Assembly: GCA_965261595.1 (NCBI GenBank)
Contig: CBDHDG010000005.1
Span: 256,001-320,000 of the forward strand
DNA: 64,000 nucleotides
Direction of reading: 5' to 3'
Source of the DNA: a bacterium
GTDB taxonomy: Bacteria > UBA8248 > JACPRG01 > G963555815
The position numbers and the translations under genes are program-made. Under the pieces are notes generated by a model, which worked only from the letters and a program-made list of their open reading frames with translations, did no database searches and was not told where the DNA came from. Positions 1-9,357 of the stretch are shown piece after piece. The number at the start of each line of letters is the position of its first letter. Position 1 is the stretch's first letter.

Positions 1-66
1 TCATAAGGTGGAAGCCCCGGCGAGGCGTCCCTCGCGGCGCGGCGTCCGGCGCGTTTTTGGTTCGAG

Positions 67-1003
67 GTGTCAACGTTACTTGATTCCGGCGGGCTTGCAA
101 AGTTGATTTTTTTCTCTGCTGAGGTTCTGGCCCTTCTGACCGCTCTGGCCTTCGCCGTCAGCGACACCTTGATGGGGGCGGGAGTCCGGACCTCGACCCC
201 TTATACGGGCGCGGTCGCCCTGACCTTCCTGGTCGGGGTTTGCTACGCCGCGGCCATGCCGTGGGTCCTCCCCGGCCTGGAGTTGAACGCGGCGGGCGTC
301 TTCTGGTTCCTTCTGGTGGGCATTTCCCAGCTCGGGTTGGGGATGTTCTTCTTCTACCTCAGCATGCGCCGCGTCGGCGTCGCCCGGGCGGCGGTGATCT
401 CGGTCTCCGCGCCCGTCTTCAGCGTGGCCCTGGCCGTCCTCTTCCTGGGAGAGCGGCCCACGGTCTTCATCTACATCGGCACGGTGACGGTTGTCCTGGG
501 CGTCATGGTCTCGGCGGGGAGGAAGCAGGGAACGGGGGAGGGTCGGCGGATGAGTCCGGCGGACCTGGCGTTCCCCCTCCTCACGGCCTTCCTGTTCGGC
601 GTGAGTCCCCTCTTCCGCAAGGTCGGGCTGGGGAGCATCGCGTCCATCCCCCTGGCGTCGGCGCTTGCGGGGATGGGCGGGTTGGCGACGCTCCTGCTCT
701 TGGGCCCGGTCTTCCCCCGGCCGGAGCGGTTTGTGTTCGCGCCGAGGTCCGCGCGGCTCTTTCGCCGGGGGCCTCGTGATGGTGGGCGCGCAGGCCACCT
801 TCTTTCTGGCCCTGCAATCCGGACCGGTCTCCGTCGTGGTCCCCCTGATTTTCGTCAAGCCCGTTTTTGTCGCCGTCATTGTCTTTCTGACCGGCCGGGG
901 GAGGGAGGGGAGGGGGGGGAAGAGGAAGAAGATGGGCGCGGGCGTCTATCTCGGCGCCGCTCTGATGGCGGCCGGGGCCTGGCTGCTTTTGGGATTTCGT
1001 TAA
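67..1003 (+). CDS. EamA/DMT family transporter (apparent frameshift at T-run ~760-762)
   Basis: Hydrophobic two-repeat DMT pattern (...LAVLFLGERPT...). Frame from 67 continues into the 665..1003 ORF (FAGGLVMVGAQATFFLAL...) after one extra T. Confidence 0.75.
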
Positions 1004-1028
1004 GGGGGGGGGATTTACGGGGTCTTGC

Positions 1029-1646
1029 TCAGGGGGCCGAGGCGTCCCGTCCAAGGAGGAGACGTTTCACCCGCGCGACCACGTCCGGCCTCATCCAGTC
1101 CCGGTCGCCGAAGATCCGTTTTACGATGAGACCGTCGCGTCCGATGAGGTAGGTGACGGGGAGGCCGTGGACGGCGTATGCCCGCACCGATCGGCCAAGG
1201 GGATCGAAGACGACGGGAAAGGTGACGCCCACATCTTTCACGAACGCGGCCGCGGACCCGCTTTCCGGCTCGTCCGCGTCGATGTTGATCCCTAGGACAA
1301 CCAGCCCTTCTTGTTTGTAGACCTTGCCCAGGGCCTCCAAGGAGGGCATTTCCTTCCGGCAGGGAACGCACCAAGTCGCCCAGAAGTTCAGGATCACCGC
1401 CTTCCGGTTCCGGTAGGACGAGAGTCGCAGCGTTCCGCCTCCCCGGCGCTCCAGCTCGAAATCCGGCGCGAGGAGACCGGGGCGGGTGCCCACGTCGCCC
1501 GCCTCCCGCGCGCGCTCCTCGATGCTTTTCGGGATCTCGGGCTTCCCTTTGAACCAATCCCGCCAGCCCGCCTCGGCGCCCGATGACGCGGCCAGCGCCA
1601 GAATGCCCGAAGCCAAGAGAACGGAAAGGACCGGATTCGCATTCAC
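1029..1646 (-). CDS. TlpA/ResA-like thiol-disulfide oxidoreductase with N-terminal signal/anchor
   Basis: LNFWATWCVPCRKEMP motif, cis-Pro GLPVTY, hydrophobic N-terminus. Confidence 0.9.
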   Translation of the reverse strand: MNANPVLSVLLASGILALAASSGAEAGWRDWFKGKPEIPKSIEERAREAGDVGTRPGLLAPDFELERRGGGTLRLSSYRNRKAVILNFWATWCVPCRKEMPSLEALGKVYKQEGLVVLGINIDADEPESGSAAAFVKDVGVTFPVVFDPLGRSVRAYAVHGLPVTYLIGRDGLIVKRIFGDRDWMRPDVVARVKRLLLGRDASAP

Positions 1647-2032
1647 GGGCGGAGGTTCCCCCTTCGTGCGGGTGGGCTTGGAACAATCGCCCTGATTATA
1701 TGAAATGGATGACTTGCGATAAAGCGGGGGAGGGTGAAGGTGTGCCGGATGATCCGCAAGAACGCCGCGCCGGGTGCCGTCCGAACCGAATTATTTCTTC
1801 GAGTCCTCCGGGAATAATCTCTGAATAAAGTGGTTCTTATTTATTTACTATTGCTGTCTATGATAAGCGTTTATGGATATTTTAAGACATGTTGAATTTC
1901 GCTACAATTTAATATTGTCGAACAGATGGTTATTATCATCTGGAATAAATATGCAATAAGGCGGTTATCATCATCGAGAATGCGGAGGCGCCTCCAAAAC
2001 CCGTGTTTCTCTCAGGTAGGAGGAGTCAAGAG

Positions 2033-2488
2033 ATGAAGAAGCGGAATACGCCTGTTTGGCTTCTGGCATTGGTCGCCGCCGTTTCGCTGGCCGCGCTGAG
2101 CGCGGACGGGCTGGCCCAGTCCAAGCTGAAAGGCTTCGGCAGGACCGTCCAGATCGATGTGCTCGAAGGCTTTATGTCCGCCGAGCACATTGTGATCGAT
2201 CGCGGCACGACGGTCATCTGGCATAACGCCACGGACAAAGCGGTCAACATCGTTTTCGGCATCGGCGAGAAGGCCAAGCGCGCCTGCGTCGCCCCGACGC
2301 GGTTTGTCCTCCAGGGAGGCGAGTACTGGGCCCAGTCGATCCCCCCGGGCGGCGTGGCCAGCTTGTGCTTCGTACAGTCGGGAACGTTTGATTACTCGGT
2401 GGCCCCGGACGGCGTCCCCGGCGGCGAAGGCTCGAAACCCGCAAGAGGATTGATATCGGTCAGGAGTGGAAAACCGGCGGGCGCATAA
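2033..2488 (+). CDS. Exported cupredoxin-fold-like protein
   Basis: AGGAG RBS, signal peptide, 'IVIDRGTTVIWHN' and 'FVQSGTFDYSV' cupredoxin-like strands. Canonical C-terminal Cys/His/Met copper ligands are not evident. Confidence 0.55.
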   Translation: MKKRNTPVWLLALVAAVSLAALSADGLAQSKLKGFGRTVQIDVLEGFMSAEHIVIDRGTTVIWHNATDKAVNIVFGIGEKAKRACVAPTRFVLQGGEYWAQSIPPGGVASLCFVQSGTFDYSVAPDGVPGGEGSKPARGLISVRSGKPAGA

Positions 2489-2514
2489 GGTAAAAAGTAA
2501 AAAGAGAAATGGAG

Positions 2515-2551
2515 AAGGCCCCGCGGCGGGTGCGCCGCGGGGCCTTTTTTT
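2515..2551 (+). terminator. Rho-independent terminator
   Basis: AAGGCCCCGCGGCG-GGTG-CGCCGCGGGGCC followed by T7, between convergent genes. Confidence 0.85.
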
Positions 2552-2559
2552 CGGGTGCG

Positions 2560-3330
2560 TTAGATCAGCGAGCGGGACTGCCCGCCGTCGACGTTGAGGC
2601 AGACGCCGTTGATGAGGCTGGCCGGCGCGGACGCCAGGAAGGCCACGACGCTTCCGATCTCCTCCGGTCGGCCCATCCGGCCGTAGGGCATCTCGGCGCG
2701 GATGAAGGCGTCGACCTTCTCGGGGTCCTCCCGGCGGCGCTTCCACCAGGAGCCGCCCTCGAACATGATCGATCCGGGGGCGATGGAGTTGACGGTGATT
2801 GCGTCGTCCGTCACGGAGCGGGCGATCTGCTTGGTCAGGGCGATCATCGCGGCCTTGGAGGACATGTACGTGGCGTTGCCGCCCCACTCCCGGCCGAAGA
2901 TGGATGAGATGTTGATGATTCGGCCCCACCCGCGTTTTTTCATCCCGGGCAGCGCCAGGCGCGTCAGGGCGACCGCCGAGAAGAAGTTGATCTCGAACGC
3001 CCGCCGCCAGGTCTCGTCGTCCGCGTCGATGTTTCCGCCCGGGTTGGAGCCGCCGATGTTGTTGACGAGGATGTCCACGCGGCCGAATCGGGCCTGAGTC
3101 TCGGCGAAAAACCGATCGGTGTCCTCCTTCTTTCCCGCGTCCCCCTTAAGCGTGAGCGCCTCGACGCCCCGGGCCCCGATCTCTCTCGCGGCCGTTTTCA
3201 GATCCTCGGCGCCGCGGGCCATCGTGCTGACATGGCAGCCCTCGGCCGCCAGGGCCAGTGCGGAGGCCTTCCCGAGTCCCCGGCTTCCCCCGGTGATCAT
3301 CGCGACGCGGTCTTTGAGTTCCAGGTCCAT
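2560..3330 (-). CDS. Short-chain dehydrogenase/reductase (SDR)
   Basis: TGGSRGLG, NNIG, YMSSK (YxxxK), VDGG motifs; start MDLELKDR at 3330. Confidence 0.92.
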   Translation of the reverse strand: MDLELKDRVAMITGGSRGLGKASALALAAEGCHVSTMARGAEDLKTAAREIGARGVEALTLKGDAGKKEDTDRFFAETQARFGRVDILVNNIGGSNPGGNIDADDETWRRAFEINFFSAVALTRLALPGMKKRGWGRIINISSIFGREWGGNATYMSSKAAMIALTKQIARSVTDDAITVNSIAPGSIMFEGGSWWKRRREDPEKVDAFIRAEMPYGRMGRPEEIGSVVAFLASAPASLINGVCLNVDGGQSRSLI

Positions 3331-3522
3331 CTCATCGGCTCCTTCTGTGGCGGATTCGCGGGGTTTGCGGCCCCCGGGGTTGAAAGCCGCCGGTGTCCGG
3401 CGAGGTCGCCCGCTTGGTCGATACCGGATTTCCAATTCATGAGCTATAATAAAATTGTATTGTCGGAATGATCAATCCGGGGCGGGCGCGGTCCTGCCCG
3501 GAAGAATGAATCGGGGGAACCC

Positions 3523-5571
3523 ATGAAAACCATCCGGACCACCTGCGCGCTGGATTGCCAGGACGCCTGCGGCATCGACGCCGACGTCGAGGACGGTCGG
3601 GTCGTCCGCCTGCGCGGCGCCCAGGATCATCCCTACACCGAGGGCTTCCTGTGCATCCGCCTCAACCGGTTTCTCGACCGGCTCTACGGCCCCGAGCGGG
3701 TGACGCGCCCGAAGCGGAAGACAAAGTCCGGCTGGCAAGAGATCGCGTGGGACGACGCCCTGGACCTGGCCGCGGAGAAGTTCCGCGCCGCCGTGGACGA
3801 ATACGGCTCGACCTCGATTCTGTATTACATGGACGTGGGGTCGTTCGCGATCTCCAAGCAGTACAACATCCGCCTGTTCAACCGGTTGGGCGGGCCTACC
3901 GTCGCTTCGGGCAGTCTGTGTTTGGGCGCGGGGCTCGCCGGCATGCTCCAGAGCCTGGGCCGCGTGTCGGGACACGAGCCCTCGGACATGCTCAACAGCC
4001 GGATGGTCGTTCTGTGGGGCCGGAACCCGGCCGCGTACGCTGTCCACCTCGTGCCCCTGATCAAGAGGGCGCGGGAGCGGGGGATCGAGATCGTCCTCAT
4101 CGACCCGGTCCGGACTGAGTCGGCGAAGTTCTGCGACCGCCACTATGCCCCGAGGCCGGGGGGGGACGGATTTCTGGCGCTCGCCATCTGCAAGCACCTC
4201 CTCGATTCGGGCAAGGCCGACCGGAAATTCCTGGAGAACCGATCGGCGAACCCCGAGGCCATCGAGAAAATGGCTGAAAGCTTCTCCTGGGACCGGCTGG
4301 CGGCCGGCTGCGGGCTTCCGCCCGAGACCCTGCGGGAGATCGCCGGCCTCTTCGAGCGGAACCATCCCGCCTGCATCCTCATGGGCAAAGGCCCCCAGCA
4401 CTACCGGCAGGGGACCGAGATCACCCGCCTCATCCTGGCCGCCGCGGCGGTCTCCGGCAACATCGGGGTCCCGGGGGGCGGCTTTCAGTACTCCTCCGAT
4501 TTCTGGGCGCCCTTCGACCGGTCCTTGATGGGGGAGGCGTTCGTCGAAAATCGCCGGACCGTGCCCAAGGGGATCCTGGGCGAGGCCATCCTGAACACAG
4601 AAAATCCGCCCCTTCGGGCGGCCTTCATCAACGGCGGAAACCCTGTGACCCAGTGTCCCAACTCCAAGAAAGTGGCCAAGGCCCTCCGGTCCATCGATTT
4701 CGTGACCGTCGTCGACCAATTCATGACTGACACGGCCGAGTGCGCGGACCTGTTCCTTCCGTGCGCCATGTTTCTGGAGGAGCGCGACGTCCGGCCGGCG
4801 AGCTGGAACCCCTACGTCGGGCCGGTGATCCCGGCGGCGGCGCCCCTGGACGGCGTCAAAACGGATTGGCAGATCATCGGCGAGCTGGCGAAACGCATGG
4901 GGGTGGAAGACCCGTATCTGGGAGAGCCGGTCGAGAAGCTGCTCGAAGGGATCCTGGCGCCGATGGCGGCCCACGGCCTCGACCCCAAGCGGGCGATGAG
5001 CGAGTTCTTCCGCAAGCCCAACGCCCCGGACGTGGCCTTCGCGGAAGGGGAGGGGGGGGGAGATTTCTCGACCCGCTCGGGCAAGTTCGAGTTCCTGGAA
5101 GCGTGGACGCCGGACGGCCTCGGCGGCGTGAGCGGCGCGGACTCGCCCGCCGGTGGGACGGACCCGCCCGTCGGCGGGACGGACCGGGCTGAAGGCTCCG
5201 GCGCGCCGGATGGAGAGGATGACCCGTACCCCCTCAACCTGCTCTCTCTGAAGGACCCAAAATCCCAGGCGTCCCAGACCCTGGAGTCCACGCAGGAGCG
5301 GCGGGAGGCCAAGGCGTGGCTTCACCCCGAAACCGCCGCGCGGTTCGGGGTGAAAGAGAACGCGGAAGGGAGGCTGGTTTCCGCGTACGGATCTTACGCC
5401 GTGAGATTCGTCCTGGACGACGGCGTCCGGACCGACGTATGCGTGGCCCGGGCGGGGGGATGGCTGAAAAAGGACCGGGGGGTCAACGTCCTCACGGGCG
5501 ACGTTCTTTCGACATACGGCGAAACCCCCGGCTATTACGAGACGAAGGTCCGCGTCGTCATGGACGCCTGA
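3523..5571 (+). CDS. Molybdopterin-dependent oxidoreductase (DMSO-reductase superfamily, cytoplasmic, N-terminal 4Fe-4S)
   Basis: TCALDCQDAC...GFLC Fe-S motif, WGRNP, IDPVRT, DQFMTDTAECADLFLP, C-terminal dinucleotide-binding domain; no Tat signal. Confidence 0.9.
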   Translation: MKTIRTTCALDCQDACGIDADVEDGRVVRLRGAQDHPYTEGFLCIRLNRFLDRLYGPERVTRPKRKTKSGWQEIAWDDALDLAAEKFRAAVDEYGSTSILYYMDVGSFAISKQYNIRLFNRLGGPTVASGSLCLGAGLAGMLQSLGRVSGHEPSDMLNSRMVVLWGRNPAAYAVHLVPLIKRARERGIEIVLIDPVRTESAKFCDRHYAPRPGGDGFLALAICKHLLDSGKADRKFLENRSANPEAIEKMAESFSWDRLAAGCGLPPETLREIAGLFERNHPACILMGKGPQHYRQGTEITRLILAAAAVSGNIGVPGGGFQYSSDFWAPFDRSLMGEAFVENRRTVPKGILGEAILNTENPPLRAAFINGGNPVTQCPNSKKVAKALRSIDFVTVVDQFMTDTAECADLFLPCAMFLEERDVRPASWNPYVGPVIPAAAPLDGVKTDWQIIGELAKRMGVEDPYLGEPVEKLLEGILAPMAAHGLDPKRAMSEFFRKPNAPDVAFAEGEGGGDFSTRSGKFEFLEAWTPDGLGGVSGADSPAGGTDPPVGGTDRAEGSGAPDGEDDPYPLNLLSLKDPKSQASQTLESTQERREAKAWLHPETAARFGVKENAEGRLVSAYGSYAVRFVLDDGVRTDVCVARAGGWLKKDRGVNVLTGDVLSTYGETPGYYETKVRVVMDA

Positions 5572-5606
5572 ACCGTTGCCCCCCGGAGGGGAGCGGTCCT
5601 CGCCCG

Positions 5607-6375
5607 TTGAAAGGGCGCATTCGCGGCCCCCATCATCGACCACCATACGCACCTTCATCTCAACTACGGGCATGACGCCCGGACCGGGACCGGGGACGTC
5701 CTCACGGCCATGGAAGAGGCGGATGTCGCGCACTCGATCATCATCGACGTCTGCGGGATCTATGGCGAGGATTACCGCGAGGGGAACGACCACGCGGCCG
5801 AAGCCGTCCGGGAGCATCCCGACAAGCTGACCGGATTCGCTTATCTTCATCCCCCCTACGCCGGGATCGAAGCCTGTCTGGCGGAAGCCGACCGCTGCAT
5901 CCGGAAGCTGGGGTTCAGGGGGCTGAAGATCCACCCCGTCACCGATTACCACCCCATCAACAGCCCGGAGTTCGTCTATCCGCTGGTGGAGAAGGCCGTC
6001 GAGCACGATGTGCCCTTCTTCGTTCACACGGGCCACCCGCCCATGTCGGGCCCCATCCTGATGGCGGACCTGGCGCGCAAACACCCGAAGGCCAAGCTGA
6101 TCCTGGGCCACCTGGGGCACGCAATGTTCTCCGACGCCTGCTGGGTCGGGAAGGAATACCCCAACGTCTACGCGGACCTCTCGATGAACCAGTTCGGGGC
6201 CATCAAGAACGCCTACCGCGCCTTCGGGCCGGACCGGATGCTCTTCGGATCGGACAGCCCGACCAGCCACCCCATCGGCGCGAAGTCGTTCGTCGAGAAC
6301 CTGCCGATCCCCTCCGAAGAGAAGGAGCGGATCCTCGGCGGGAACATTGTCCGCCTTTGCGGGTTGGATCTGTAG
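5607..6375 (+). CDS. Amidohydrolase_2 family metal-dependent hydrolase (likely extra C in run 5627-5631)
   Basis: IIDHHTHL lies in frame upstream of ATG 5710; GLKIHP, HTGH, GHLG, FGSDSP motifs. TTG at 5607 is restored by removing one C. Confidence 0.85.
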
Positions 6376-6418
6376 GAATTTTCTCCCCGGCCCGTGAAGG
6401 AGGGAATCCGCGCCCGTT

Positions 6419-7165
6419 ATGATCATCGACACCTCGATCTCCTACAAGCATCCCCATCACCCGGAGACCTCTACGGCCGACGCGCTCCTGCGGAGCCTGG
6501 ACACCGCGGGGATCGACCGGGCGGTCGTCCACCACTTCGGGCCGATTGTCGACTTCCGCTTCGAGGCGGCCAACGACGAGCTTTCCCGGGTGGTCAAGGC
6601 CCACCCGGACCGGTTCATCGGCGTCGGCACGCAGAATTATTACAAGGGGACGGACGAGACCGACCGCTGCCTGAACGACCTGGGCCTGCACGGCGTCAAG
6701 CTCTTCTCGTCCTGGGGGCTTGCGCCGGGCACGGGCCTGGTGGAGAAATTCTTCTTCCCCATCGCGGAGAAGCTCCAGGCGGCCGGCTCGGCCCTGATGA
6801 TCGAGCATGAAGGCCACACCCCCATCATCGGCGGAGCGGTCTTCTGGGACAACCTGATCGCCCGCGCGTTCCCGGACCTGCCCGTCGTGATGTGCCGGTG
6901 CTGGACGTGGGCCTACTGGCCCGATTACCTGATGACCGCCGAGCTGAACCCCAACGTCCTCCTGGAGTTCACCCTCGCGCCCACGTCCTGCGTCGACCGG
7001 GCCTTGCGGGAGCTCGGGCCAGGGCGCATGGTGATGGGGAGCTGGGCGCCCGAGATGGACCCCGGCGCCGTCGTGGACGCCGTGAACCGGTTTCCCATCG
7101 ACGACGAGGGGAAACGGAAGATCCTCGGGGGCAACGCCGCGCGGATCCTGGGGCTGGAGGGTTAG
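6419..7165 (+). CDS. Amidohydrolase_2-like protein with degenerate metal ligands
   Basis: Same architecture (HPDRFIG, GVKL, KILGGNAARIL), but IIDTSIS replaces HxH and MGSW replaces FGSD. Confidence 0.75.
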   Translation: MIIDTSISYKHPHHPETSTADALLRSLDTAGIDRAVVHHFGPIVDFRFEAANDELSRVVKAHPDRFIGVGTQNYYKGTDETDRCLNDLGLHGVKLFSSWGLAPGTGLVEKFFFPIAEKLQAAGSALMIEHEGHTPIIGGAVFWDNLIARAFPDLPVVMCRCWTWAYWPDYLMTAELNPNVLLEFTLAPTSCVDRALRELGPGRMVMGSWAPEMDPGAVVDAVNRFPIDDEGKRKILGGNAARILGLEG

Positions 7166-7168
7166 TGT

Positions 7169-7250
7169 GGGGCGGGTACAGAACCCTGCCCCTACATTAT
7201 TAGTGCGTACAGGAGTTTTCCATGTAGGGGCGGGGCTCCGTACCCGCCCC
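7169..7250. repeat. GTAG-type REP doublet (REPIN-like)
   Basis: Inverted pair GGGGCGGGTACAGAACCCTGCCCCTACA (7169-7196) / TGTAGGGGCGGGGCTCCGTACCCGCCCC (7223-7250). Confidence 0.8.
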
Positions 7251-7373
7251 CGCTTCCCGGCCTAACGGTGGACCACCGTTGTATCGAAGGTGCACTACAG
7301 CTCCGGCCAAAACTTTGTGAGATATAAAGGATGAGCCCGGAATCCGGCTGCCCATTCACAATAAGGAGCCGTC

Positions 7374-7841
7374 ATGCTCGAGAACCTGCATCACGCATCG
7401 ATCACCGTCGGCGATATCGATGAATGTCTCGAACTCTACCGCGACCTCCTGGGAATGGAAGTCGCCATGGACATGGAGTTCAAGGGCGAGGGTGTCGAGA
7501 AGATCATGGCCAGGAAAGGCGTGCGCTTTCGCGTTCTCCATCTCAAGCACAAAGACGCCGTATTGGAATTGCTCCAGTTCCACGAGCCCGAGAAATCGTC
7601 CGGCAGGGCGCCGATCACGCATCCGACGCAGGTCGGCCTCACCCAGATCGCCTTCACGGTGAAGGACATTCAGTCCCTCACCGACACGCTGAGCGCGCGA
7701 GGGTACGAGTTTCTCCAGCCTCCCGTTGAAACCCCGAGCGGCAGACGGGTGAACTACTTCCGCGCCCACGACGGCGTCCTCATCGAGCTGATGCAAGACC
7801 CGCCGACGGGCGGGTCCGTCCCACCGACGGGCGGGGCCTAG
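7374..7841 (+). CDS. VOC/glyoxalase family protein
   Basis: LHHASITVGD...YRDLLG, LELLQF, QIAFTV, YFRAHDGVLIEL. Confidence 0.9.
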   Translation: MLENLHHASITVGDIDECLELYRDLLGMEVAMDMEFKGEGVEKIMARKGVRFRVLHLKHKDAVLELLQFHEPEKSSGRAPITHPTQVGLTQIAFTVKDIQSLTDTLSARGYEFLQPPVETPSGRRVNYFRAHDGVLIELMQDPPTGGSVPPTGGA

Positions 7842-7886
7842 TGTCGCGTCTCGGAGATAGCTTCACGAATTCCGAACTTCCTCAAA

Positions 7887-7927
7887 GAAGGGCGGCACTG
7901 GCGGCTTGTCCGCCAGTGCCGCCCTTC
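7887..7927. repeat. 18-bp perfect-stem palindrome between convergent genes (terminator or REP-like)
   Basis: GAAGGGCGGCACTGGCGG-CTTGT-CCGCCAGTGCCGCCCTTC. Confidence 0.7.
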
Positions 7928-7929
7928 GA

Positions 7930-9120
7930 TCAGCGTTTCACCAGGATGTACTCGTGCGCCCGCAGGGCGGCCTTGGCCCCTTCCCCGGCCGCCACGACGA
8001 CCTGTTTGTCCTTGACGTTCGTGACGTCGCCCGCGGCGAAGACCCCGGGGGCGCCGGTCCCGGTCTGGCAGTCGATGATGATCTCGCCGGTCTCGTTCAC
8101 GTCCAGGGCGTTCATCACAAAGGCGGAATTGGGCAGCAGGCCGACCTCGACGAAAACGCCGTCGACCTCGATGGCGCGCTCGGTCCCACCGGCCTTCGAG
8201 CGGATCCGCACGCCCGTCACCCCGCCTTCCCCGAGGATTTCCACCGGGACGAACTCCTGGAGGATCTCGACGTTCTTCATCCGGTGGACCCGGTCGATCA
8301 GGATGTCGTCGGCGATGAACTCGCCGCGCACGATGAGGTGGACCTTCCGGGCCATGCGGTCCAGCTCGCCCGCCGCTTCCAGGGCGGAATTGCCGGCGCC
8401 CACGACGGCGACCACTTTGTCTTTGTAAAAGGGCGCGTCGCACGTGGCGCAATAGGCCACGCCTTTTCCCATCAGCCGGTCCTCGCCGGGGATGCCCAGG
8501 GGGCGGGGGAACTTTCCGCTGGCGACGATCAGCGTGCGGCCCCGGTAGCGGTTGCCCGCCTCCGTGCGGACTGCCTTGATCTTGTCGTCGATCTCGATGT
8601 TTGTGACCGTTTCACCGATGACCCGGGTGATGTCGAAGCGGCCGACGTGTTCCTCGAAACGGTCAATCAGGTCCTGAGCCTCGATGTAGGAATACCCAGG
8701 ATAGTTCTCCAACTCGGCGGTGATGTTCAGCTGCCCGCCGACGTCCTTGGACAAGACCAGCGTCTGAAGCCCCTTCCGGGAGGCGTAGATGGCGGCGGTC
8801 ATCCCCGCCGGTCCCAGCCCGATGATCATCACGTCGTAGAGCGTTTCTTCGGCCCGATCGCTTTCGCGGCCGAGCTTCTCGTCCAGCACGCCCCGGGCGT
8901 TGAGCGTGGCAAGCTCGGTGTAACCGCCGATGATTTCCCCGCCGATGAGGATCTGGGGCGTGGTCCGGCCCCCGGTGCGCTCGATCATGGCCTCCCATTC
9001 GGGGGTGTCGCCGCTGACGAGGATCTCCTCGAATTCAATGTCCTTTTTCTTGAGCAGCCCCATGGCCCGGTGGCACCAGGGGCATTGCGCTTGCGAATAC
9101 ACCTCCACTTTGGGCGGCAT
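7930..9120 (-). CDS. Glutaredoxin-thioredoxin reductase fusion (Grx3-like domain + TrxB/AhpF-like flavoprotein)
   Basis: N-terminal CPWC...TTPQILIGG glutaredoxin domain, then GLGPAG FAD motif, CATCD redox centre, GAGNSA NAD(P)H motif, FAAGDVT. Confidence 0.9.
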   Translation of the reverse strand: MPPKVEVYSQAQCPWCHRAMGLLKKKDIEFEEILVSGDTPEWEAMIERTGGRTTPQILIGGEIIGGYTELATLNARGVLDEKLGRESDRAEETLYDVMIIGLGPAGMTAAIYASRKGLQTLVLSKDVGGQLNITAELENYPGYSYIEAQDLIDRFEEHVGRFDITRVIGETVTNIEIDDKIKAVRTEAGNRYRGRTLIVASGKFPRPLGIPGEDRLMGKGVAYCATCDAPFYKDKVVAVVGAGNSALEAAGELDRMARKVHLIVRGEFIADDILIDRVHRMKNVEILQEFVPVEILGEGGVTGVRIRSKAGGTERAIEVDGVFVEVGLLPNSAFVMNALDVNETGEIIIDCQTGTGAPGVFAAGDVTNVKDKQVVVAAGEGAKAALRAHEYILVKR

Positions 9121-9357
9121 GGATTCTCTCCTTCCGGCCTTCGTCAACCGGCGCCCCGTGAATCCATGTGAACTCCCAATCACCACCTTTTCCGAATCAT
9201 TAGATAGAAATTCGGCCGATTGGATTCATTCAGGGAAAGGTATTTCCGTGATCGTCTCCCCCCCCTCCTCCCCCTCCCGGGGATTTCGCTGATAAGATGA
9301 GCGGGTCTGAGCGGCGCCAATTTCAAGCCCTCGATATTTCGGAGTCCCGAATCCCTG

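Noticed and set aside
3472..6432. 986-aa minus-strand ORF and similar long antisense ORFs (12676-13902, 15528-17273, 61225-63564)
   Set aside because: Shadow ORFs opposite well-supported genes in high-GC DNA, with no recognisable motifs.
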